64,000 nt of DNA. Origin: a virus. Shown here piece by piece: positions 48,606 to 57,043 of the stretch. The position numbers and the translations under genes were made by a program. Every line of letters starts with the position of its first letter. Position 1 is the stretch's first letter. The stretch lies in IMG/VR virus record IMGVR_UViG_3300042691_030776. The stretch is one strand, 5' to 3'. The notes beneath the pieces are model-generated. The model was given only the letters and a program-made list of their open reading frames with translations, was not told the origin of the DNA and ran no database searches.

Positions 48606-49664
48606 TTATTCCTCCGTATCTGATTCAGCTGTACTTACCTCGGTCTTTTGATTTTTAAAATCAGCCATGACTTTGTCCAGACAACCGTCTTCATTGGATT
48701 CCCAACCTTTGCGGAAGTATTTGATAATCTCTCCTTGGCTGGTCACAAACATAAGCCTGTTACCATCCTTCTTGAGCAGTCCTTTTTTCTCGGCCAAGTC
48801 AGTTAAACCGCTGTAGGGATTCATGCCTGTTTCATAAGGAATCTTGACTTGCACACCTTCAAAGGGTTTGGCATAGCGTGTTTTCATGACCTTGCATGCT
48901 GAACGAATACCCATGACGTCTGTGACCTTGTTGCCATCTTCATCTTCTTTGAGCTTGAGTTTCTTCATGGCTACAACGATAGACGACGCATAGATAAAGC
49001 CCTGACCGCCTGAGATTTTATCATCAGGATCAAACATGTCTTGTGACGCATAGGTATGATTGGTACATACCAGACCCACATTGTAACTACCAAACATGTT
49101 GACACAGTTACGCACCAAAGCTGTGAGTGCTTTGGGTTTACGACCCAAGTCACCTTTCATTTCGCCGGCATCAAACTGATTCACATCAGTGGGTGTGAGT
49201 AACATACCTAGCGAGTCGATCACAAACATGACTTTGGGACGCTCGCCTTCGGCCAAGGCTTTGTAGTCACTCATAAATGTGGAAATAGTTTTGGCAACAT
49301 CGTCAATCATGGCCATGCTCAGCTTGAGCAGTTTGCTTTCGTCTGTGTCCACACCAAGTGCTTTGAGCCAATCTTCGTCCAGTGCGTTTTCACTATCAAT
49401 CAGCACAACAAAGATGCCTTGTTCTTGTGCATTCTTGATAATGTTGCCTGAGCAGATGTACGATTTACCTGCACCTGACTCGCCGGCAAACACAGTGACC
49501 TTGCCCAGTGGAATACCGCGATTAAAATCTCCGCTGATGAGATAGTTTAAAGCATAGTTACCTGTAGAGATCCAATCGGTTGGATCGTTAAAGCCTATCG
49601 AAAGACCGTCGATTGATTTTGTGATTTCCTTACGGAATTTTGATACATCAAATGGTTTACCCAT
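48606..49664 (-). CDS. uvsX: RecA-like recombinase UvsX
   Basis: AGESGAGKS, IDSENA, IDSLG, TNHTY, SGG, KTR. Confidence 0.93.
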   Translation of the reverse strand: MGKPFDVSKFRKEITKSIDGLSIGFNDPTDWISTGNYALNYLISGDFNRGIPLGKVTVFAGESGAGKSYICSGNIIKNAQEQGIFVVLIDSENALDEDWLKALGVDTDESKLLKLSMAMIDDVAKTISTFMSDYKALAEGERPKVMFVIDSLGMLLTPTDVNQFDAGEMKGDLGRKPKALTALVRNCVNMFGSYNVGLVCTNHTYASQDMFDPDDKISGGQGFIYASSIVVAMKKLKLKEDEDGNKVTDVMGIRSACKVMKTRYAKPFEGVQVKIPYETGMNPYSGLTDLAEKKGLLKKDGNRLMFVTSQGEIIKYFRKGWESNEDGCLDKVMADFKNQKTEVSTAESDTEE

Positions 49665-49687
49665 ATTTCACCTATAGTTTGAGAAGA

Positions 49688-49714
49688 AACACAAGGGCGC
49701 CATGCCCTTGTGTT
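49688..49714 (-). terminator. Hairpin/terminator after SSB gene
   Basis: AACACAAGGGC-GCCAT-GCCCTTGTGTT perfect 11-bp stem. Confidence 0.7.
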
Positions 49715-49729
49715 AAACGCTCGTATATA

Positions 49730-50719
49730 TTACTGCTTGTTTTGTCGAGCGCGGATCATTGCCAGAATGTCTTCGGCTTTTTGGCCCGAAGCGGCTGGCT
49801 TCTGCACCGGTGCTGTGGCGGCAGGTGCATCGTCCTCATCAAACGCACTAGAAGAAACAGGTGCGGCCTTGTCCACCGGTGCGGCTTGTTCTGCTACAGT
49901 TTCAGAGCCTGTGGAAGAACCTTGCGGAGCCGCTACACCAGCAGGGCGGAAGTACGCACCCCAACGGTCGGGATCGTAAGGTTTGCCATCAACCGAAGCC
50001 TCAAACATTTCTTTCATGACTTTGAGTTCAGCCTCTGATGGTTTCTTAGGAAGGAAGTCGGACAGAGTAAACAAACCGTGAGTTTCGATAGCGGCCTGTT
50101 CTACTTCGGTCAATGCGCTTTCCTTACGAGCCCATTTACTGGTACTGTAGTCTGCGTAACCACCCTTGGATGTCTTGGTGATACGGAAGTCCAGACCACG
50201 CATCAAATCAGTTGGCAACTCTTCCAGTTCTGGATCCATGAGTGCTGATTTGATTGTTTGGAAAATCTGAGGACCAATGATGAATCGGCGGATCGGATTT
50301 TCAGGATTCTTGTCATCAGCAAGTGGGTTCTCACGAACGAAACCTTGCATGATGTAACTGCGCTTTTTCCAATACTTACGGCCCATGTCTTCAAGAGCTT
50401 TGTCTTTGAACCATGTGCGTACTTCTGCCAGGATTGGGCAAGCCTCTCCCCACATTTCCACACAAGGAACTTGTACTTGAACCTGCTTGGATTCCATTTC
50501 CCCTTTGATGCCGTTAAACGGTAGTTTGATCATCGCACGTTCAACCCAGAAGAAAGTGTTCTTTGAGTCGCCGTCAGGAAGGAAACGAAGCGTTGCGCTT
50601 TGTCCTTCATCGATATTCCAGTGGGGGTAGATTGCGTTGTCGCCGCCTGATTGTTGATTACCGCCTTTGTTCGACTCTGCGGCTTGTAGTCGAGCGCGGA
50701 TTTCTGCTAATGATGCCAT
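49730..50719 (-). CDS. Single-stranded DNA-binding protein (T4 gp32-like)
   Basis: LRFLP, C..CP, YWKK, GYADYSTSKW, acidic/low-complexity tail. Confidence 0.88.
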   Translation of the reverse strand: MASLAEIRARLQAAESNKGGNQQSGGDNAIYPHWNIDEGQSATLRFLPDGDSKNTFFWVERAMIKLPFNGIKGEMESKQVQVQVPCVEMWGEACPILAEVRTWFKDKALEDMGRKYWKKRSYIMQGFVRENPLADDKNPENPIRRFIIGPQIFQTIKSALMDPELEELPTDLMRGLDFRITKTSKGGYADYSTSKWARKESALTEVEQAAIETHGLFTLSDFLPKKPSEAELKVMKEMFEASVDGKPYDPDRWGAYFRPAGVAAPQGSSTGSETVAEQAAPVDKAAPVSSSAFDEDDAPAATAPVQKPAASGQKAEDILAMIRARQNKQ

Positions 50720-50764
50720 AATAGAAATTGTCCTTTCAAGAAATTTATGTGCCTATATATGCCT

Positions 50765-50808
50765 TGCATACACCCAACTGAGTGTAGCATAGATATTTAT
50801 ACTGTCAA
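50765..50808 (-). promoter_or_regulatory. Nested sigma70/late promoter and leader hairpin of SSB gene
   Basis: TTGACA-gTATAAATAtctatgc-TACACT; hairpin UACACUC-AGUU-GGGUGUA. Confidence 0.65.
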
Positions 50809-50863
50809 CGTCAAAAGAGTTATTTTCTTTTGTTGTCTGTCCTATATGTTTAAATATCAGCAT

Positions 50864-51499
50864 ATGACACAGTATAACACATCTGCACAACAAGTCAAGA
50901 TTTATGATGAAACTAGTTTAGTCAGCTCAGTTGCTCCTAACCTTTGGGAAGTTGATCAATGCTTTGGATCAGAAACTTACCAAAAATTAAGAAACATGAT
51001 TGACGCCGAAGGAAATTTATTTTCCTGTGTTGGACTCAAAAAAAGACTAGAACTTGTTTATTCCAGCAAAGACTACTTGTTGATTAACGAAATAGGCGGT
51101 GCCATGTCAGAGGCGATTTCTACCATAGTAGGGCATCGGGTATCATTCATGACTGCCAAATATTGGATAGATCTGCCTACATTCGGGTGTCAAACACACG
51201 CTGATGCAAAAGAAATTTTTGTTTCATATCAAGTTTACCTAAACTCTTCTTTAAGAAATGAGATTAGATCAGAACCTCATATGCCGACCACCGCAAAGAT
51301 TGTCAACTATTTAGATACAATCCATGGAGAGGCACTAATGGCACAAGGCGCAAAGTTCTTGCATGTAGATCCACCAGCACAGATTAAATTCTGGCCAAAC
51401 AATGGGTATATTAACCTGAACTCAGATCTTAAACCGCATCAGGTCATTGGTAGCTGGGACACCAGAACCAGTGTAATGTTTCAGTATTCTCGAGTATAA
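50864..51499 (+). CDS. 2OG-Fe(II) oxygenase-like protein
   Basis: HAD, QVYL, NNGY, distal H and R-x-S; start refined using TAAATA-7 nt-ATG. Confidence 0.65.
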   Translation: MTQYNTSAQQVKIYDETSLVSSVAPNLWEVDQCFGSETYQKLRNMIDAEGNLFSCVGLKKRLELVYSSKDYLLINEIGGAMSEAISTIVGHRVSFMTAKYWIDLPTFGCQTHADAKEIFVSYQVYLNSSLRNEIRSEPHMPTTAKIVNYLDTIHGEALMAQGAKFLHVDPPAQIKFWPNNGYINLNSDLKPHQVIGSWDTRTSVMFQYSRV

Positions 51500-52044
51500 C
51501 TCAATACCAAGACTTCGCGTATTGAGTTGTTAGGGACTCGGTCGATCATGCCATTGAACCCCCTTGGGTCGTTAACATATATTGAAGCCATGTTTGGCTC
51601 ATAATGTACAATATCTACATCATGTCTTGTCAGCTTGCGCTTTGGTTGATAGTCTATTTCTGAAGTTTCATTGACTTCTCGATCGTGACAAAAAGCAAAA
51701 CTCATTCTTGCATCGTTGCTTTCGGCCATGACGACTTGCACTTGTACATAGATATCAGGATGTAGTCTATGCATCATGATTGAGCTGCCAGGAAGATCTA
51801 TACTGACATAGGCCACTTGTGGAGAGATTTTTTGTCCAATAATCGAACTGATTCTTTGTTGTTCTTGGCGCACAATGTCCTGTAGCTCTGGACTGTCACT
51901 CCATGGTGTGAGCAATCTATCATCGTACTGCATGGAAAAAGGCACACGTGATTTACGATAAAGTTCTTTGATTTCACGGAATCGTTCTTGGGTAAAATAT
52001 GGATGTAACTGCCAGAGTTGTGGAGTGATGCGATACTCGCTCAT
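51481..52044 (-). CDS. Divergent 2OG-Fe(II) oxygenase-fold protein
   Basis: IDLPG..MH, VQV, distal R align with the convergent neighbour; metal ligands look degenerate. Confidence 0.45.
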   Translation of the reverse strand: MSEYRITPQLWQLHPYFTQERFREIKELYRKSRVPFSMQYDDRLLTPWSDSPELQDIVRQEQQRISSIIGQKISPQVAYVSIDLPGSSIMMHRLHPDIYVQVQVVMAESNDARMSFAFCHDREVNETSEIDYQPKRKLTRHDVDIVHYEPNMASIYVNDPRGFNGMIDRVPNNSIREVLVLSYTREY

Positions 52045-53432
52045 CGTATTGCCGCGAGTGATTGTAGTCTGCCTAGCTTGATTGATTCATACATACCGCA
52101 CTCGTTCATACCATGTACAGGGCACTCAGTACCTTCCGCGGTCATATTGCATTGAGTTTCATTTGTTGGTTGTTGTTGTTGAGAATCCAATGCACGGTCT
52201 GTGGCGGCCATCTGTTGATCTGCTGGTATCCCTAGTGCTGTTAAACGTTCCATCACTCGTGAATCATCCCAAGCATTAGCGTCGGGATTCTTGTCTGCAA
52301 TGTCTTTGAGTATGTCAAATAAATGATCATCGCCTATCAAATCATACAGTTGTTCGGTGGCATTGGTGGCGTCAGGACCTACTACCAATGGCTTGCTCAT
52401 TAGGTCTTGTACTTTCTTTGCAGATTCAGGGGTATCTGGCAACGCCCAGGTACCTTCCATCACACGGCTGGCCCAGGTTTCGAAGATGTCTGCTTCTCTG
52501 AGAGGTGCTTCCTGTAGTTTGGCCAACACAGGTAGAGCCTGTTCTATTCTTGGATCTAGACTTTGTTGTACAAATAATTCACGTATGGTTTCTACTGCTT
52601 CATCAACAGTGGTGATCTGCGCTGGATCAAATGCAGTTTTTTCTTCATGATACCCTCTACGACTGATCAATCGTTTGGCTTTGGCCTTGAGATCTGTGTA
52701 GTGACGTACAGCGGCTTCGACCATGTGTGCCGCACCACCATCATAGTTCTTGTGACGAGATGCTCTGACAAAGTTTGCTAGAGTGCGCATTTCTTCAACC
52801 ACTTCGTTGATATGCTGGCCAAACGCATCATAGGGATTTCCACCTTCGGCCACATGGCGTGCCAGCATGCGGCCATGCATGAGGCTACGACTAGGTACTT
52901 TAAACCTCTCGCCTTCGTCAGTTTCAACATAGATACTGTCAATGTTGCGATATCTAGCATCGCCTTCTTCAAGATCTCTGCTGTGTTTGATACGTAAACG
53001 AGTTTTTTGAGGTTGATCGCTGTAGCTGACTTTGCGTGTGCCGTAGTAGCTTTCAAAGATACTCTCTTTCACAGCGGCCATGGTCTTCATATTGTACTTG
53101 AGGCGAGATAGATTTTTTAAACTAAATGTCAATAAGTTGCGTTTGGCAAACATGCGCACAAGGTACAAAAAGTCGTACCAGTCCTTGCGATCGTCACCTT
53201 CCATGGCCTTGCCCATGTTGTCACCAAAATAGATATCTAAGTTACTTTCGCCATCTAACACCATAACCACAGCACCATAGTCCTGCTGATCTGTGCGATA
53301 ATCAAAGCTGATTATTTCTGCGTCAGCAGGATCGTCAGCAGGCTTGCCCATAGAATCTAGAGCTTCGGGCTCAAAATCTCTGGAAACAAGAAGATCATAT
53401 AGTTGTTGTGCGGCTGTGTTGGATTGACTCAT
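52041..53432 (-). CDS. Conserved late hypothetical protein (probable head-associated)
   Basis: 463 aa directly downstream of terminase; own TAAATA; C-terminal CPVHG motif. Confidence 0.65.
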   Translation of the reverse strand: MSQSNTAAQQLYDLLVSRDFEPEALDSMGKPADDPADAEIISFDYRTDQQDYGAVVMVLDGESNLDIYFGDNMGKAMEGDDRKDWYDFLYLVRMFAKRNLLTFSLKNLSRLKYNMKTMAAVKESIFESYYGTRKVSYSDQPQKTRLRIKHSRDLEEGDARYRNIDSIYVETDEGERFKVPSRSLMHGRMLARHVAEGGNPYDAFGQHINEVVEEMRTLANFVRASRHKNYDGGAAHMVEAAVRHYTDLKAKAKRLISRRGYHEEKTAFDPAQITTVDEAVETIRELFVQQSLDPRIEQALPVLAKLQEAPLREADIFETWASRVMEGTWALPDTPESAKKVQDLMSKPLVVGPDATNATEQLYDLIGDDHLFDILKDIADKNPDANAWDDSRVMERLTALGIPADQQMAATDRALDSQQQQPTNETQCNMTAEGTECPVHGMNECGMYESIKLGRLQSLAAIR

Positions 53433-53445
53433 AGTATTGTATTTA

Positions 53446-55011
53446 TTAGAAGGCCGCTATGAAAGGCATGGGTTCTATGATCGTGTCGCTGTGATCACGC
53501 AGTTGTGTATCGAGCTCGGTATGATAGTTTTGTAGCAGTTGCATCATGCGCACAGCCAGCACAGTTGCCATTACCAAATCGTCGGTTTCGCCTACTTTTG
53601 CGGCATAGCTTACTCCATGGGCAATAAAACTCTTGAGCTCTGACACCAGGCCAGCGGAATGTATTTTCATCCTATCAGTTTCTATGAGATTTTTCAGTTT
53701 GGCACAGGCCGCGAGTTTGGGCTTGTTTGTGGTATTGAAACCCTTGCGATATCTGCGCCCTGAACTAGTGCCCGACTCGCTGAGGAAATAACCTTGTATG
53801 TTTTCTTCTCCGTATTCTGCTATGGATATCAGCGCGGCTTCACCAATGGTATTATTTTCTATGCTGTAGTAAATGCTCTTGGCATCTTTAACTGCATCAT
53901 TGATGTGTCGGCAGATGTCTGCCAGGATACGTACCTGCTCGGGTATGGTAGTTCTGTTGTGGCGCCACTCGGCCACCTGCTCTGTGGTGTTGGCATCAAA
54001 TACCTGTATGGCGGCTGGGTCTCCACCTGTACCCAGACTAGGGTCTAGAGCCACAACATAATATCTATCTTTTTCTGGTCGGCGGAACCAGCGTACTTGC
54101 CCAGTTTTATAGAGCACATCACTGGATCTAAGGTCGATCAACTTGGTCGGTGATATCAGTGTTTCATCATCGATGATAAACTCACAGTCCATCTCTCTCC
54201 GGAAGCGTTCTTCTCCCAGTATGGCTCGTTGTTGTTTAGCCCAGGCATCATCACGATCTGGATGTTCTCTCCAAAAAGCACGGAATGCTTTAAAACCATT
54301 CTGCCCAATAGACGTTTCGTTACCGTACTCGTCTTCAAGTTTGTTGGCCATCTTCCAGATCAACGCAAACTGATCTTCGTCTGAGTTTGGTGTTGATGTG
54401 ATGATCGCTTTACCACCAGTACTCAGTGTAGGTGTGATCGAAGTCCAGAACTCTTTGGCGATTGTGGGTCGCACGAATGCAAACTCGTCACAGTAGAGCA
54501 GTGTGATACTCATACCACGACCAGTATTTTCAGTAGTAGTCTGTGCCACGATACGACTACCGTTGTCAAACTCTAAACTGCCTTTGTTGTAACTAGTAAC
54601 ACCTGCACGGATATGGTCAGGACAGGCCTCGTAAGCATATCGTACACGTTGCATGATCTCTTGCGCACCCAGATACTTGTGCGCGGCCACGAGGATTGTG
54701 GAATCCGGAACGAACATGGCATACCATAAAAGATAACCAGCAGCCGAGGTTGATTTGCCCGTTTGCCTAGGCATCATGGAGATAGAGAATCTATAATTGT
54801 GATATGTCTCTATCAGTCTATCCTGGAACTCGTAGGGCTGATACAGCATCTTGCCGTGCAAAGGATGCTGGATAAAAAAGAAATGACTCATGAAATACTG
54901 CGGTCCTGTGTCAGGATCTGCACATTTCAAAAACTCATCGATTTGTTGTTCAGTGTAATGATGTCGGCGGTGTGGAGCCTTGATCAGTACACCTTCTAAA
55001 CTTTTTGACAT
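53446..55011 (-). CDS. terL: Terminase large subunit (T4 gp17-like)
   Basis: PRQTGKS, LLYCDEFAF, ITSTPN, RNase H DPS, DDLVMA. Confidence 0.95.
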   Translation of the reverse strand: MSKSLEGVLIKAPHRRHHYTEQQIDEFLKCADPDTGPQYFMSHFFFIQHPLHGKMLYQPYEFQDRLIETYHNYRFSISMMPRQTGKSTSAAGYLLWYAMFVPDSTILVAAHKYLGAQEIMQRVRYAYEACPDHIRAGVTSYNKGSLEFDNGSRIVAQTTTENTGRGMSITLLYCDEFAFVRPTIAKEFWTSITPTLSTGGKAIITSTPNSDEDQFALIWKMANKLEDEYGNETSIGQNGFKAFRAFWREHPDRDDAWAKQQRAILGEERFRREMDCEFIIDDETLISPTKLIDLRSSDVLYKTGQVRWFRRPEKDRYYVVALDPSLGTGGDPAAIQVFDANTTEQVAEWRHNRTTIPEQVRILADICRHINDAVKDAKSIYYSIENNTIGEAALISIAEYGEENIQGYFLSESGTSSGRRYRKGFNTTNKPKLAACAKLKNLIETDRMKIHSAGLVSELKSFIAHGVSYAAKVGETDDLVMATVLAVRMMQLLQNYHTELDTQLRDHSDTIIEPMPFIAAF

Positions 55012-55049
55012 ACATTTACTTACCAAAATATACACATATAAATATTCTT

Positions 55050-55595
55050 ATGAGTGATACACTAATATTAGCACCGGACTACCAACCGGTCAACTACTTG
55101 CCACTGTCAACCATAGACTGGCAAACTGCTATAAAACTGTTCTTCCTGGACAAAATCCAAGTGCTAGAATGGTATGATGATTGGATCGTGCGTAGCGCCA
55201 AGCTAGAGATGCGAGTTCCTGCCGTGGCTGTGACAAAGAAAGGTTTTGGCAAGAATGGTGGCATGCGATTCAGCAGACAGAATCTTTATCTGCGTGACTT
55301 GTTTACTTGTCAGTACTGCGGTGACACATTCAATGGCAAACAGTTGACCATTGATCATGTGCTACCACGTGCTCAAGGTGGTACCACTACCTGGGAAAAC
55401 TGTGTGGCTGCTTGTAAAGAATGCAACTCAGAAAAAGGCAACAAGATTTGGCGCCCAAACAAAGTTCCTGTGAAACCAAACTACTGGGCCTTGGTCAACT
55501 CTGTGAAGAGTACCTACACAGGTATTCGCCACCCTAGTTGGAATCTTTATCTTGGACTCAAAGATAGCGAGTCTAAGAGTTTAAGAAATCGTTGA
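55050..55595 (+). CDS. HNH endonuclease
   Basis: RD..CQYCG...TIDHVLP...W.N...ACKECNSEKG. Confidence 0.9.
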   Translation: MSDTLILAPDYQPVNYLPLSTIDWQTAIKLFFLDKIQVLEWYDDWIVRSAKLEMRVPAVAVTKKGFGKNGGMRFSRQNLYLRDLFTCQYCGDTFNGKQLTIDHVLPRAQGGTTTWENCVAACKECNSEKGNKIWRPNKVPVKPNYWALVNSVKSTYTGIRHPSWNLYLGLKDSESKSLRNR

Positions 55596-56572
55596 TCCTT
55601 GTGTATCTGGAACCAGGCTCTGAGTTCTACCAGCCTGTTCCAGTTATGTTCTGTGACGTGTGCCACTGAGTTGGCAAACTCAGCAGAACCATTGGCTACT
55701 ATATCTTTGACTGTTGCAACTACTTTTAATGCACGATCCGTTTCGTTTTGTATAGTGTCATAACTTTCATCAATGTAGTTACCAAACGTCTTAAATCCTA
55801 GGGTGCGTAGTTCTTTCAACGAACCTGGCACGCTCATCAGCACCATTGGCATCTTTGCCGCAATAGGACGCCAAGTTTTTTCAGTAAACCAGGATCCTTC
55901 TGTGGTCAGCGTTTCTGAGCTCACTTCAAAGGCACACTGATTGTAAAGATCCAAACTAGGTACCATGCTCTTTTGCCATAGCATAGGAGCCGAATCTTCT
56001 CCTACGTAGTGTGCAGGAGTTGTTGGTTGATTCCATCCCCAGTTCCCATCCCTATGATAAACCATGATTGAGTTATTACCAACGTCAGACAATCCTTCCC
56101 AGATAACATCACGTGCATGAGCATGACGTCCCATAGTAAGCAAGAAGTCTTTAGTGATATTTTTTGACAGTTTGAGTGATATACGCTGTTCTACCAATTC
56201 AATGAATCTTGATTCTGGGTCCAATGCCACTGAAATATTTTTAAACCCATGATCAAACCAAGCTGATTCTATCACACAGGTTATATTTTTTGCTTCGGGT
56301 TCTTGATCTAGTTCTTTCATCCAAGACATCTCATATTTGAGTATCACAGGAGAGTCTACATTGCCTACTAGTAAAACGTGATTGTTTTTTAACAGAGAGT
56401 AGAGTTTTTGTTTTTGATTTTTCCAAAGTTCTGATAACCATACACAGTCAGTGATCACAATGTTGTCAACAACATCAATATCTCCTGAATCACGATAAGG
56501 AATCGCAAAGTGATTACAAAAAAACTTCCAGTGTTGGGTTTCTATGATAGGAATGATCGTAATAGGCTTCAT
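55547..56572 (-). CDS. Putative glycosyltransferase (TEKT family)
   Basis: FTEKTWRP...LRTLGFKTF...IDESYD. Confidence 0.55.
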   Translation of the reverse strand: MKPITIIPIIETQHWKFFCNHFAIPYRDSGDIDVVDNIVITDCVWLSELWKNQKQKLYSLLKNNHVLLVGNVDSPVILKYEMSWMKELDQEPEAKNITCVIESAWFDHGFKNISVALDPESRFIELVEQRISLKLSKNITKDFLLTMGRHAHARDVIWEGLSDVGNNSIMVYHRDGNWGWNQPTTPAHYVGEDSAPMLWQKSMVPSLDLYNQCAFEVSSETLTTEGSWFTEKTWRPIAAKMPMVLMSVPGSLKELRTLGFKTFGNYIDESYDTIQNETDRALKVVATVKDIVANGSAEFANSVAHVTEHNWNRLVELRAWFQIHKDQRFLKLLDSLSLSPR

Positions 56573-56607
56573 CCCTTATATAGCGGGCAAAATGATTGAT
56601 ATCTAGA

Positions 56608-57042
56608 TTATTGACACCAGCTTTGTTTGGCATCACCGTAGTATTCACGAGCAAAGCCATTGCGGATCAGTTCAGCACGTAGGCTCACACCGTTTAGAAT
56701 GATGTCTCCCAGTACACGGCCACCAAACTTATCCCATCCATAGAGAATGACTTGATGCTTCTGTGTAGTTGCAACTGCATTCTTAGTGAAGGCTGAGGCG
56801 GCTTGGCCTCGCTGATCTTCTGAAGGGCACTGCGCACGGAATCCTTTTTCTGGTGTGTCAACTCCGTAGACTCTGACAGCAAGTTCTGGTTTGAGTGGTG
56901 CTGGTAGAAAGGGTGCCGCTATGACCACTGTATCGCCATCGTTGACACGGACGATTTTAGCATCATAGGTTACTCCTTGTGGTGTTTTTTGTGCAAATGC
57001 TAACACCGGCATCATTAACAAAGTTAATAATAGTTTTTTCAT
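56608..57042 (-). CDS. Thermonuclease (SNase) with signal peptide
   Basis: MKKLLLTLLMMPVLAFA signal; DGDT, VRVYGVDTPE, DKFGGRVL. Confidence 0.9.
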   Translation of the reverse strand: MKKLLLTLLMMPVLAFAQKTPQGVTYDAKIVRVNDGDTVVIAAPFLPAPLKPELAVRVYGVDTPEKGFRAQCPSEDQRGQAASAFTKNAVATTQKHQVILYGWDKFGGRVLGDIILNGVSLRAELIRNGFAREYYGDAKQSWCQ

Positions 57043-57043
57043 T

